Shown here one piece after another: positions 51,821 through 63,544 of a stretch of 64,000 nt of DNA. A program made the translations under genes and the position numbers. Source of the DNA: Marsupella aquatica (Eukaryota > Plantae > Marchantiophyta); the NCBI GenBank assembly GCA_973895155.1, contig OZ316899.1:7753241-7817240 (forward strand), given 5' to 3'. The notes beneath the pieces were generated by a model. That model saw nothing but the letters and a program-made list of their open reading frames with translations, was not told the DNA's origin and did not search any database. Numbering within the stretch: the first letter of the stretch is position 1; each line of letters begins with the position of its first letter.

Positions 51821-52608
51821 TCATTTAGGGTTTAGGTTGGTCGCCATTGTTGGTTTAGGTTTAGTTTAGAAGAATTTATCCTCACCCCTTGTAGTTTTGG
51901 TTCAGATTTTGTAACATGGACAAATTTTGTACGAGTTTGTGATTAATAAATTACTTGACATTTGCACGACAAACATGTTTGGCACGGTGTTTTTTCAATG
52001 TCGGCTACCTCGCCGACATGCAGAACTCAGCTTGGGTCTCTGAGATGAATCTTGGTCAGATCTTGGCGGCCTTCTCCGAGATATACTGGGGTACGTCAAA
52101 TCACTGGATGTACGTCAGATCGCCAATGTCGACCACCTCGCTGACATGCAAAACTCGGCAAGGGTCTTTGAGATGATACTCGGCCAGATCTTGGCGGCCT
52201 TCTCCGAGATATGCTCGCGTACGTCACATTGCTGGACGTACGTCAGATCGCAAATGACATGCAACACTCAGCGAGGGTCTCTGACATATTTTGCGATTTT
52301 GAGCAGACAACTTTGTTTTGAGCACGTAGCTTTGTGAAGTTGGCGACCCTCGCCGAGATCTTTTCCCAACACGAAACAGCCAAGCGTAGCGCCTAACCCA
52401 CCAAGGAGAGACAATGTATGAAGTTTCCAAAACAATTATAGTAAAGATCAAGTCGGCGGTCTCGCTGACATTCTAATTTGGTCGCATTAATGTGTACAAA
52501 AAGGACATATTGGGTCCGCTTGAATGATTTTATGATGTTGGCGAGTACGCCGACATATCCTTGCCAATGTCAGAGACCTCGCCCACATCCCCTCACTATG
52601 GACCCTTC

Positions 52609-52656
52609 ACTGATATCAGTTATCAGTCACTGATAACTGATGATGTTACCTATCTC
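52609..52656 (-). repeat. Right TIR of MULE
   Basis: Reverse complement reads GAGATAGGTAACATCATCAGTTATCAGTGACT. Confidence 0.85.
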
Positions 52657-53326
52657 GCAATGAGTCACCAACAAGGAATCTGTCATTACAACTCAAAAGA
52701 TTTGCACAAAAGGAATTTTACTTCCTGTGTTTATAATCATAGGTAGAAACACAAGGAGGTAAGTCTCTCCAAATGCTAAACCTGATCCCGAACTCATAGA
52801 TTCATGATCAACTAGTTTAACACAAGGAAAAGGCAAAAATGCATAACTTAACCATAATCTACACTAGTGGTAGAGCTATCTTATAGTAAAAATCTACCGA
52901 ATGAGAGGTCATAGGGTCAAAGAGACATGCCTCTTCATACCTCTCAAAAAGTTAAAATGACGATTCAGTAAGTGAAAAGCCGGAAAAATGGCTAAGTATG
53001 AACTCGTAAACTAGTAAACTAGTAAACTTGTAAACTAGTAAACTATTAAACTCGTAATCGGAAATCTGTCGAAACTCGTAATCGTAAACTAGCAACTCTT
53101 AAACTAGTAAACTATTAATGCGGTATTCTTAAAGACTTAGTGAATTCAACTATTTTTAACTTCCTAACTATAAGTCAGAAAACTCTGAGGTTTTGCCAGG
53201 AGGTTTTCCTAGGTACAGACTATACACTAAAGAAGTATGACAACTTCCAAAGCTCTAGAACATATTTCTAAAAATCAGATAAGATGCACTACTCTTAAAA
53301 CTAACTAAAAACACTTAAAGACTTCT

Positions 53327-55836
53327 TCAAGCTTGCTGTCGGATGTCCTCTGGTTCGAGTAACTCCACAAGAGTAACAGTTTGATTCTGGGTAACCTCTA
53401 TCAGCTCAGCTTGGCATGGGGATCCTCTGGAGTAAGGTAGGCACCTCAGTTGTCTCTCAGGATACATCAAAGGCATTCTCTTCATCAAATAACATGAATC
53501 TATACGAAGAGCTTCTCTGTACATCCCGATCACATCATAGTTGTTACAGGTAGCAGCATATACTTGGGATAATGATACAGGAACTCATCACTATTCATCA
53601 TCCTAGAATAGAAAGGTCGAAGTCTCCATCTGACATCTCTGAAGTACTGGTTGAAGTGGGTTAGGGTCTGAGTAGTGACATTGTTCCAGATCCTCTGTTT
53701 CTCAGCCAATGAACTGGTTGAAACAAGGGTAACTTTGGGCCCTTGAGGAATGTATTCATGTTGTAGAGCAGTAGACTTCTTACTCTGCATCAGGAAAGAA
53801 ACCACAAAATCCAGGGCATAGGCTGCAAAGTTTCCAAAGTATGCCAAAACCAAATCTGGATCCTCTACCTCTACATCACCTTGAAGTAGCATCATAGCAA
53901 GAATAGGTTGAAAGTAGAGAGAGTCTGTCCAGAACTCATCAAATTGTGCCATCTCCACCCTGGAAGTCCCAAAACACCTGAGGTCGAAGATATAATTGGC
54001 CTCCGTCTTCTTGATATAGTAATATCTCCAGAACTCTCCAACCGGTGGTCTGTTGGCCTGCATAATCTTATAGGTCTCCACATACCTGCGTACTTGGAAC
54101 TCGGGAGGTCTCGGGTATCTATTCTCGATAACAACATTCCGGGGGGTCTGAGTAGACGAGGTGATAACTGCTACTAAGTTTGGATTGGATCTTAAGGCAG
54201 TATCAACATCTTCAAATCCCTGCCTTGGTGACGGTGTTAAGGAGTTATCATAAGATCAAATGGAATTAAAATCAGAGGGTGGATCAGAATCTTCAGGTAG
54301 ATCCTCTCGAATGTAAGGATGCTCATACTGTGACTGATTGTAGGGCGGTCCTTCTGTGGGTTCGTAGTTGGAATCAGGACTGTAAGGGTGGGAACTTGGA
54401 CTAAGAGAAGGTGTAGCAGTTGGACATTGCTGCACTAAGTTGCTGACCACAGATGTTATCTGTCAAGGTTCACACTGTAGTATCTCTAGTAGATCATCTA
54501 CGATAGCTGCACAACCGATACTTTCTGTCACTGGAACAGGGTCACTTGATTTTAGAAGAGGGACCTGTTGAGTAGCAAGGGTGAGAGTCACATATTCCAT
54601 TGGTGTTGATTCTCCTGGGGGGAAGATCATCCTGATGGGGCTTAACTGGTCAGGGAATGGTGACTTCAAGCTGACAACTTCCATTCTTAAATCATTAACA
54701 GCATCATAGAGTCCATCATCACTGCAACTGAGAAGAGATATCAACTTATCAATGAGTTGCTGATTTGATTCTGCTTTCGAAGGAGTGGGCGAGCTGGTCC
54801 TTAGGATGACAGCAATAGTTGGTTCCGCAATATGCTCTTGTTGCTCAAAGAGGTCTTCATCCTCTTCATCTTCTTCAGCTACAGGTTGTTCTCCCATTCT
54901 GACTTCTCGTGAGTACACTTGGTTATTCAGAGGATGTTGGACTAGCTCCAAGTTGTGTTCAGGCGAAGCTTCAAGATCTCCTACAGATACATTTTCTATA
55001 TCCATATCAATATCCTCATCATTGGATTTCAGGGAAATGGCATCCACTGGTTCTTCCACATCGATTTCTTCCTCAATGCCCATCTCGATCAGAAGTAATC
55101 CCCTTTCTGTTCTCTCCTCAAAATGTAAACAGTCATAGGTGTAATAGAGCTGAGAGAGATAATGCTGTAAGTAAGTAGTCCTCCCTGCTTTCAAGCTCCT
55201 TACTTGATCTTTCATAACGTTAAATAAAAGTAGGGCCCAATTTACTTTTATAACTCCACTGTGAGCAGCTACAATAGTGTTAGCCAAGGACACAGGGCAG
55301 ATAGTTGGCTTTTTTGGATGGAGAATGGGTACTAGAAATTCCAAAAGAATTCTCAGATCGGGGTAATTGCACTGAGTCAGATTCCATCCATTTGTGAGGT
55401 TTCTGATTCCAGAGAAGTAAGGAGATGACAAGTCCTTCTTCTTGGAATACAATGCCGATCCTTCTGATGAGCAACCCAAGGCAAAAGAAATCTGTTCTAC
55501 TGTCCACAGACTTGGTCGAGCTCGGATTGTTTGATGGAATTCAGGGGAAATAGTAGTGCCTTTGACAAAATCTTGCAAGTATGTGTCTAACTCCACATTC
55601 CATGGTATATGCAAGAGGAGTTCTAACCCCAGCTGCTGCAGCGTCATCCTTAAATTGGCGTAGCTATCGGGCGCCTGTGGAATTCGGACCAACACTGCCT
55701 TGGGAAACACCAGGGATTCAATGCGGTACTGCTCATCAGCTCCGAGGTCTGCCATAGCTGGTTCTCCGGATGTTCTTGCTGCTTGAGTTGCTACTAAGAT
55801 CGTGGAATAAGATAGAGGTAGAAGAGATCTTAACAA
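53327..55836 (-). pseudogene. LTR E-encoded PMD-like protein and downstream ORF fragments
   Basis: LELLLHIPW..DFVKG..NGWNLTQC..LLEFLVPILHP..VNW in 54463-55836, then fragments 54256-54450, 53530-54081, 53327-53533. Confidence 0.6.
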
Positions 55837-57342
55837 GGCGCGTTTCTCTATTGCGCTTCAGCCGCTCTCATCGCATACTCCCAACCCGTAGAAAGGTCCG
55901 TTGAGATAGCCGTAAGATGTCGCAATCGTAAGACTCCTCCGCACACCGCAAACTCATAACCCTTAACTCGTAAGTCGTCAACTCGTAAGTTGTAATCCAG
56001 CAATTACACTCGTTGTCGATACTCGTCAACCCGTAAACCCGTAATCAGACTCAACTCGTAAACCCGTAGTCAGACTCAACTCGTAAACCCGTAATCTAGT
56101 AAACTAGTAAACTCGTAAGAAGTGTACTTAGCGACTTGTAAATTGTCTTAGAGTTTAGTCGGAATGCAGTTTACTCTACGGTTAGCAGTAAACATAGTTT
56201 AAATACCTCAAAAAAAATTAAAAATTCCCAGTTTCTTTATACTTTTGGAATTACTCACTACTTAAAGTGCACAACTGAGACACCTAATTCCTCTTTAACT
56301 TCTTCAGGTATATTTGTATTCCGCCCCCAGAATGTACCCCGACGGCTTAATTTCTTAAGCCGGCTGAAGGTCTTTTTCAGATTGACTCAACCCACACTTC
56401 ACCGACTAAACACTCTCAATCCTCACTTTTCTCTTAGAGTTTGATTGGGCAGTCTCCAATCAAGACAATGCGATTGTATTTTGCTCAACAGTTCACCCTA
56501 TCTGACTTAAATTGATCAAGCAACAAATATCATAACACTCAACTTCTTGGATGGCAAGAATCTACAAACTATGCAAGAAGGCCAACTCAATTCAAACAAT
56601 TGCTCAAAAATCCAAGGGAACTGGTGGTTTACTGATACCCTACGGTCTAGATTTAGCCAAGAGCTTCCTGTGCTCACAACAATACAGATTTACACTAAAG
56701 CCTTGACTAAGAAAAAGCCCCTCGGGCCACGCTGCCCAGGTTTTTATCCTTGCAGCGCGTTCAGGGGAAAAGGCGGAAATCCTAACCACAACTCACGGCC
56801 TTCCACCGCGATAATCCTACTAAAAAACTATCACCTAAAAAACTTGACTAGCCCGGAACCCTGTGTGAACCGAGCATCTAATACTACCTAATTAAGCCGA
56901 CAGGGCGCTACTTGCCCTGTCCCATCCTACAACGGCCGCGCCCTTCTGGCCCAAGCCCTTCTCCTGCCGCCACGTCCTCCTTCCAACCAATGACTGGCCC
57001 TCCTTAATTGTCAGATGACCGGGGGTAAGTCCCCCGGCATCGGCTGCTGCATCGGCATCCTCATGGGAAACGGTTTGGAGAGCTTTTGCCTTAACTTCCT
57101 CAATCCAAGCCTGCTCCCCGATGCGCTCGGTCTCGATAACCCACGGCTTCACATTCTGGGCGTCCATAGAAGCAGTACCATCGTCTGAACCTGTTACCGC
57201 AGCTCCAAGTTGATCTGCAGTACTTGCCTCTACCATAGCTGCCTTCAGGGCCACAGTACCACAAATGTGAGCAGCCATGCTCTCGACTTCCTCCGGAGTG
57301 GCTTTAAGGTGCTTAACTTTATTGTCGCCTAGCCTCATGAAC

Positions 57343-58702
57343 ATTTGGTTGTGGAGGGGTAGTTGGATTTTGAATGATGCGGGGATACATCTCCCCTGCA
57401 TTGGTTCTCAATGCTCCCCACAAAGAAGTGGGTCGATTAGCCACATCTCGGGCTCCGGCCTCACTAATGCCAAACACACTATCTGCGGCATCTCCAAGTA
57501 TGTACTCCACCTCCAACTCTCCTATCGTTCCCTCGGTTATCAATCAAACATGCTTTGTACCACGCTTTGGACAGACATCCTTGTGATGTCCGGTGGTATA
57601 ACAGTAAGCGCACCATACTGAGGTGTCATCGGCTGGCTCCTTCTTCACCGGCTTTGTGTTGGCTAATAATGCCTTCAACTGCTCTGTGATAGCTGTCAAC
57701 TGATCCGGAGATGCCTTCTTGGGATCCAACTTGGTTTTCACCTTTTCCGCAACCCTCTTTTTTTGTGATTTTCTTTTTCTTACTCCTGTCACCATCCTCT
57801 GAGCTGGAAGATGTTTCACTCTTACTGGTATCACTCTCAGAGCTACTACTCTCCTTGGCTTTCTTGGATCACTTCTTCTTGGCCTTTTTCTTGCCGGATT
57901 CCTCCTCTAAAGATGAATCCTTAGACTTATAGTGTTTTTTCCTGCTCGTGATATCTGCATTGATGTAGAGCTGAATATCACGAATCACCTCCGCCAAAGA
58001 CTTTGAATTCCCCTTCCGAATCGCAAAACTCATCTTTTGAGGTAGAGCATTAACCAACCACTGCAATTGCATTTCGTCTGATGCATTGGTCTTGGTTCAT
58101 CGCACCAATTTGTGGAATCGCTGCAAGAATTTCTGGAAAGACTTGTTCTCCTTGAATTGAAGCCGTCCTAGCTTCAACATTGCCGATTCAGACGTCCCAA
58201 TGGGACGGAATTCCTTGACAAACAACTGCTTGAAGGTGACCCATTCATTCTGCTCCCTTGGTTCCAAATTGGAGTACCATGGTCGAGCCTCACCCTTAAA
58301 CAACCTGGGTAAGATCTGCATCTTGATAGCGGACTCTCCATTAGCAGTTGCAGTCCCATCAAACTCCTCAAGCCAATCATCCGGATCCTCCTCATGTTTA
58401 CCATGAAATGCTTTGTAATGGATTCGTGATCTTTGACTGAGCCGTGGTGCTGCTCGCCCACCAAATTTTGGATCCGGCTCACCCATCTCTTGCACTGGTG
58501 AAGTGGGTTGGGTACTGGGCGCGTTACTACTCAATAGATCCCCTCCCTCGTTCTCTAGTTCCACTCCAAATGCACTTTGTGAACCGCCGTTGCCGATTGC
58601 AGTCTTCACCCTCTTGGTCTCCCTCCACCTTGCGATTTGTTGCAACCGCGCTTCTTCCCTCAGTGTTGCTCGCTCTTCTTGTGGTGTGAATTTGTTCATC
58701 AC
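57343..58702 (-). pseudogene. Gag remnant of element D
   Basis: SQRSRIHYKAFHGKHEEDPDDWLEEF and a CAYCYTTGHHKDVC knuckle, broken by stops and frameshifts. Confidence 0.85.
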
Positions 58703-58762
58703 CTAACACTGCGCAACAAACAATTCACAAGTAAGAATGCCCCCTCCATCTAGCGCCAAAAA

Positions 58763-61700
58763 TGTGGCGCGTTTTCCGAGACCTCTAACCCAAAGAACTA
58801 CCCTCAGTTGATCATAAACCACTCCTTTATGTCCGTCCTCTTGCCCTTTGGCAGCTATTCGATTTGGAAACGTGATCCTCTCCTTTGATCCACACTTACC
58901 GGACCGATTCTTTCACTGGGCTTGTGAATTGTGCACAACTAAGACACCTAATTCCTCTTTAACTTCTTCAAGTATATTTGTATTCCGCCCTCGGAATGTA
59001 CCCCTACGGCTTAATTTCTTAAGCCGGCTGAAGGTCTTTTTCAGACTGACTCAACCCACACTTCACCGACTAAACACTCTCAATCCTCACTTTTCTCTCA
59101 AAGTTTGATTGGGCAGTCTCCAATCAAGACAATGCGATTGTATTTTGCTCAACAGTTCACCCTATCTGACTTAAATCGATCAAGCAACAGATATCATAAC
59201 ACTCAACTTCTTGGATGGCAAGAATCTGCAAACTATGCAACGAGGCCAACTCAATTCAAACAATTGCTCAAAAATCCAAGGGAACTGGTGGTTTACTGAT
59301 ACCCTACGGTCTAGATTTAGCCGAGAGCTTCCTGTGCTCACAACAATACATATTTACACTAAAGCCTTGACTAAGAAAAAGCCCCTCGGGCCACGCTGCC
59401 CAGGTTTTTATCCTTGCAGCGCGTTCAGGGGAAAAGGCGGAAATCCTAACCACAACTCACGTCCTTCCACCGCAATAATCCTACTAAAAAACTATCACCT
59501 AAAAAACTTGACTAGCCCGGAACCCTGTGTGAACCGAGCATCTAATACTACCTAATTAAGCCGACAGGGCGCTACTTGCCCTGTCCCATCCTACAACGGC
59601 CACGCCCTTCTGGCCCAAGCCCTTCTCCTGCCACCACGTCCTCCTTCCAACTGATGACTGGCTTAATTGTCAGATGACCAGTGGTAAGTCCAAATTTTCC
59701 GACTCTGCACCTTCTCCTGCCATCGGCTCCGGCTTGACCCCTTCGGCTTCCTCGACTTCGGGTTCTGGTTTATCGGCCCCGGCATCGGCTGCTGCATCGG
59801 CATCCTCCTGGGAAACGGCTTGGAGAGCTTTTGCCTTAACTTCCTCAATCCAAGCCAGCTCCCCGATGCGCTCGGTCTTGATAACCCACGGCTTCACGTT
59901 CTGGGCGTCCATAGAAGCAGTACCATCGTCTGAACCTGTTACCGCAGCTCCAAGTTGATCCACAGTACTTACCTCTACCACAACTGCCTTCAGGGCCACA
60001 GTACCATAAATGTGAGTGGCCATGCTCTCGACTTCCTCCGGAGTGGCTTTAAGGGGCTTAACTTTATTGTCGCCTGGCCTCATGAACGTCTTTGCCAAAT
60101 CTGCTACCAACTGCATGGCTTTGCCCCCAATCACGCTTGACAACAGTAAGCTCGGCTTCGGCTTTGGCTTCACTGTATTTCCGCCTACCATACTACTTCC
60201 GGGAAGCCTTTCAGTTGGTGATCCATATCCCGGTTCGGCATACTTCTTCAATTTCTCCGTTTGATTGTCGGCACGCTTCTGCAACCCGAGCATCTTATCC
60301 CTGGCCTCCTCCAATTCTTGAGATACGTCTTCAACTTCATCGTTAAGCCGTTGTATCTTGGACCTGGCCATCTTCAGCTCCTCATTTAAGATCTGCACGA
60401 TCTCCAACTCTTGCTTATCTACGGCTGCTTTCAAGGAGTCGTTGATGCCTTCCAATTTTGTGACCTCGTCCGTCCATGCTTGCTTTGTCCTGGTTAGCTC
60501 CTCTTGAAGCTCCTTGCGTATCTGTTGAACCCGGTTTAGGTGATCATTGGCCGCTGTGCACATGGCGTCATCATGCTTCTCACGCATGGCCTCCAACCGG
60601 TCGAGTGACTTGTCATACTTCCTTTGGGCTTTTGCAAAGGCCTTCTTGCCCTGGGTGGCCGGATCCTTAGCCGTCTTTCTGAGCCTCTTGACCTGGCGAT
60701 TTAGACCCTGTACTTCTGCTTTTGAATTGGCTAACTCCAGCTCTACCTTCGTCAATTTTTCCTTGATCTGCTGGTTATCCAATTGGTAGTTTTCCAATTG
60801 GTTGTTCACCACCTCCAATTCCTGCTGCTTAGCCAAGAGATCCTGTTGAGTTGGTTGACCAGACTTCGTCTTAGCAACTTTGGCTTCCATGGAGCGAAGC
60901 CGAGCGATTACCTCCTCTTTCTTTAATCGCTCCAACGTCATTGCCTCCTCCAGTCTCGTTTGATTAGCCACTTCTTTTCTAAGAAATGGCCCGGATTCCA
61001 ACTCGTTACCGAAGATTTCTAAGGCTAAGAGTCCACACATGTCTCCATACTCCTTAGCCCGATTTCTTGCGTAGTTTGACCTCCCAGGTGATACTGGCAT
61101 CTGCCATTGAGGTCGTCTCTCCCAAGAGTCTGCCCGTAATTGATCAAAGTCAGTGAGAGGTTCGGCCTGCCTCTCACTAAGCCGTCTTATTTCTTCCGGC
61201 CACTCTCCTCCTGGTAGCTGGCATTCCTGTTCTGCATTCCGGCCCCCCCACTCCTTAATCCTCTCTTGTAGCCCGGCTTCAACTTCCTTCATCTTGTCAA
61301 ATTCCAATGGCGTCACATCTGGTGGAGGAGATTCTGGTGTTTTTTGGTCCTCCGGCTTGCCATAGAAGACTGCGGGAAGTCTTCTACAAAACCTTCCCAT
61401 CGTTCTAACTCCTGGTACCGGCCTCTCCCCGTGATCGACATAGTCGTCGTCGTAATCATCCACATTAACCTGACTACCTAGCATGCTGGCCTCTCCTCCA
61501 AAGCCCCCGATCTCTTCCTCCGAATATTGTTGGGCTGCTGCTGGTTGACTTTCCTCCACAGGTCCCTCCACTTGGGCTCTGTTAGAAGCTCTTAATACCG
61601 GACTCTCCTGGCTTCGGCTTACCTCCTCATCTGTCTTCGAATCCATTTGCTTGTCATATTTCTTTCTCTCTTTGGCAGTCATCTTCCTTTCAACCAATTG

Positions 61701-63370
61701 GATGCCTGCATATGGATTATTACGAGTAGGTCGGCGCAACGGATTTCTCACTACATCATATGTTACTACCTCTGGCTCCTTGATAGGGGAATGCTCCCGT
61801 TCTCGTGTTGCCGGTGTTGCCGACCTCCTCCCGTGGCGTCGTTTTCTTAGAGGCTCCTCGTCCTCCTCCACCTCCTCAAGTGGTGCAGTGATCGGCATCC
61901 GCTCCTGTATAGGCAACACTGGTGCAAAAGACTGGCTTCTTGCATATCGGCAAAGTAATTGCAGATGGTACCCTAGTCTGGATACCGCTCCCTCCCCAAT
62001 GCTCTGCTTCTCTTCATTTAATGCCTTGTTCAACTGCATTAAGAGATAGCCGTTGTAGTCTCGGCTTGCATCGATATTCTCCACCAAAAATACCTGGGCT
62101 TTGCCGATTTTTGCTCTCGGCAAGGTACAATGCAACGTGAATCTCAGGAAATCAATCAGCTGCCCTATATGCGGGTTGGTATATTGATTCCTGAAAAACC
62201 CATTCTTAGTGGAAGGCCCTGGAAATGACCTGAACTGGTCATCCGGCAACGTCTTCCTCTGCTCCACCTTAGTCTTCCTTCCTGTTGGTAAAGCAAAGAC
62301 GGCTTTGATAAGCGCAGGTGTTAGTTTGAACACCTTTCCATACAGCAGCGTCATGTTGGAAGAAGCCTCCCAGCATCCCACGAAGTCCAATAGATCCTCA
62401 TCTGGTATGTCTACCATCCTCCAGGACAACCTGACAAAGCCCTCAAACCCAGTGTCATTCATATATCCTCCATATTTATTATCCTGAATGGCACTGAAGA
62501 CCTCATCCTCATCTCTTGCGAACTATAATTGTAAATTGGCAGGTAACCTGTTTGCCCACCCTGTCATGGTTTTATCCTCTACAGCCCGATCTCTAACTGG
62601 CCCGGATTCCATCTTGATTGGTCTCTCCGACCTAGTTTGCTTTGCTAGAGTGGCGGATGCCAAACCTCCCTTGCGCTTCATCTCTTCAGCGCCTGAATAC
62701 TCCCCGAGAATGGCTTCCTTTGTCCACTTCATAGTGTGACCCTTCAATTCCCAAAGTGGCTGCCCTACGTTCTTGATTGCCTCCCTAATCCCCACGACCT
62801 TATTCTCCCGGATCAGCAATTGGTCAAGCTTCGCACTGGTGGGTGTCCACGAGAACTTTTCCAACACCTCCTCCGTATCTACGAATGTTGTTTTGTGAAT
62901 TCCCCACAATTGCGCAAGCTCCGCTCGTTCTCTGGCTGCGCGCTTCGGCTCAACGTCTTCATACGTAGGTATCAGCTGCCTTGCTTCTTCAAGCAAACAG
63001 CCCCAAAACTTCCCTGCCTGATTCATCGTGTTCATTCCACCGAATGCCAAGAACTTGCGCAATCTCCCAATCCACCTTAGCACTTGACTGACAGTCGCTC
63101 CTCAATGTCAAAACCGTGTACACGAGAATGCGAAATGGCAGAGTATTGGTCACCTTACTCCGAAGCCGCCGCTTAGGGGTCCTTGTGATCAAGCATGGAT
63201 TAGGTCATAACTCCAATCCGCTGGATCTCAACCATTGGATCCTTTCCTTTATTATCTACACGTAGAAATCGGCATCGGTCTTTATTGTTACCTTATACTA
63301 TCTATCTATCTTTATTTAGCCATTTTTTTTAGGCTTAGTTATTACTTTGTGATCCTGGCAAGGCATCACA
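58763..63370 (-). repeat. 5' LTR of D (~4.6 kb)
   Basis: TGTGATGCC...GCGCCACA, with the PBS 4 nt away. Confidence 0.85.
59670..63083 (-). CDS. LTR-encoded PMD-like + coiled-coil protein of D (930-aa ORF plus upstream 186-aa piece)
   Basis: LLDFVGCWEASSN..LTPALIKAVFALPTG, homologous to the B ORF. Confidence 0.72.
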
Positions 63371-63544
63371 ATAACCTTTGTGAGAAAAGTAAAAAATATA
63401 AAGGAGTGAGAGTTTGCTCCGAAAAGTGCTTGTCGCTTGTCCCAATCATAGCCAAAAATGCGCAGTTTGCCTGAGGAGCCCCTAACTTTAAGTCCTTGCG
63501 ACATTGGCGACCATACTGGAGAGTCCTTGGGGCAATTGGATGAG

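Larger units (their letters stand above)
15689..52656 (+). mobile_element. Giant Mutator-like DNA transposon (MULE), ~18.5 kb net of nested inserts
   Basis: Perfect 9-bp TSD GCAATGAGT (15680-15688, 52657-52665). 32-bp imperfect TIRs starting GAG (27/32 match). MULE DDE transposase inside. Confidence 0.93.
15114..56266 (-). mobile_element. Solo LTR E (~4.2 kb net), split by the MULE
   Basis: TSD GTGCA at 15109-15113 and 56267-56271 restores the D LTR sequence GAATTGTGCACAACT. One end TGTAG, the other a degenerate CTTAAA. Carries a PMD-like ORF. Confidence 0.7.
14941..63370 (-). mobile_element. Ty3/Gypsy element D, internally deleted (no pol)
   Basis: 14941-15113 + 56272-57342 match 58763-60087. 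PBS 58741-58758, gag remnant, degraded TSD GTAAT/ATAAC. LTR start TGTGATGCC is shared with solo LTR B. Confidence 0.85.
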
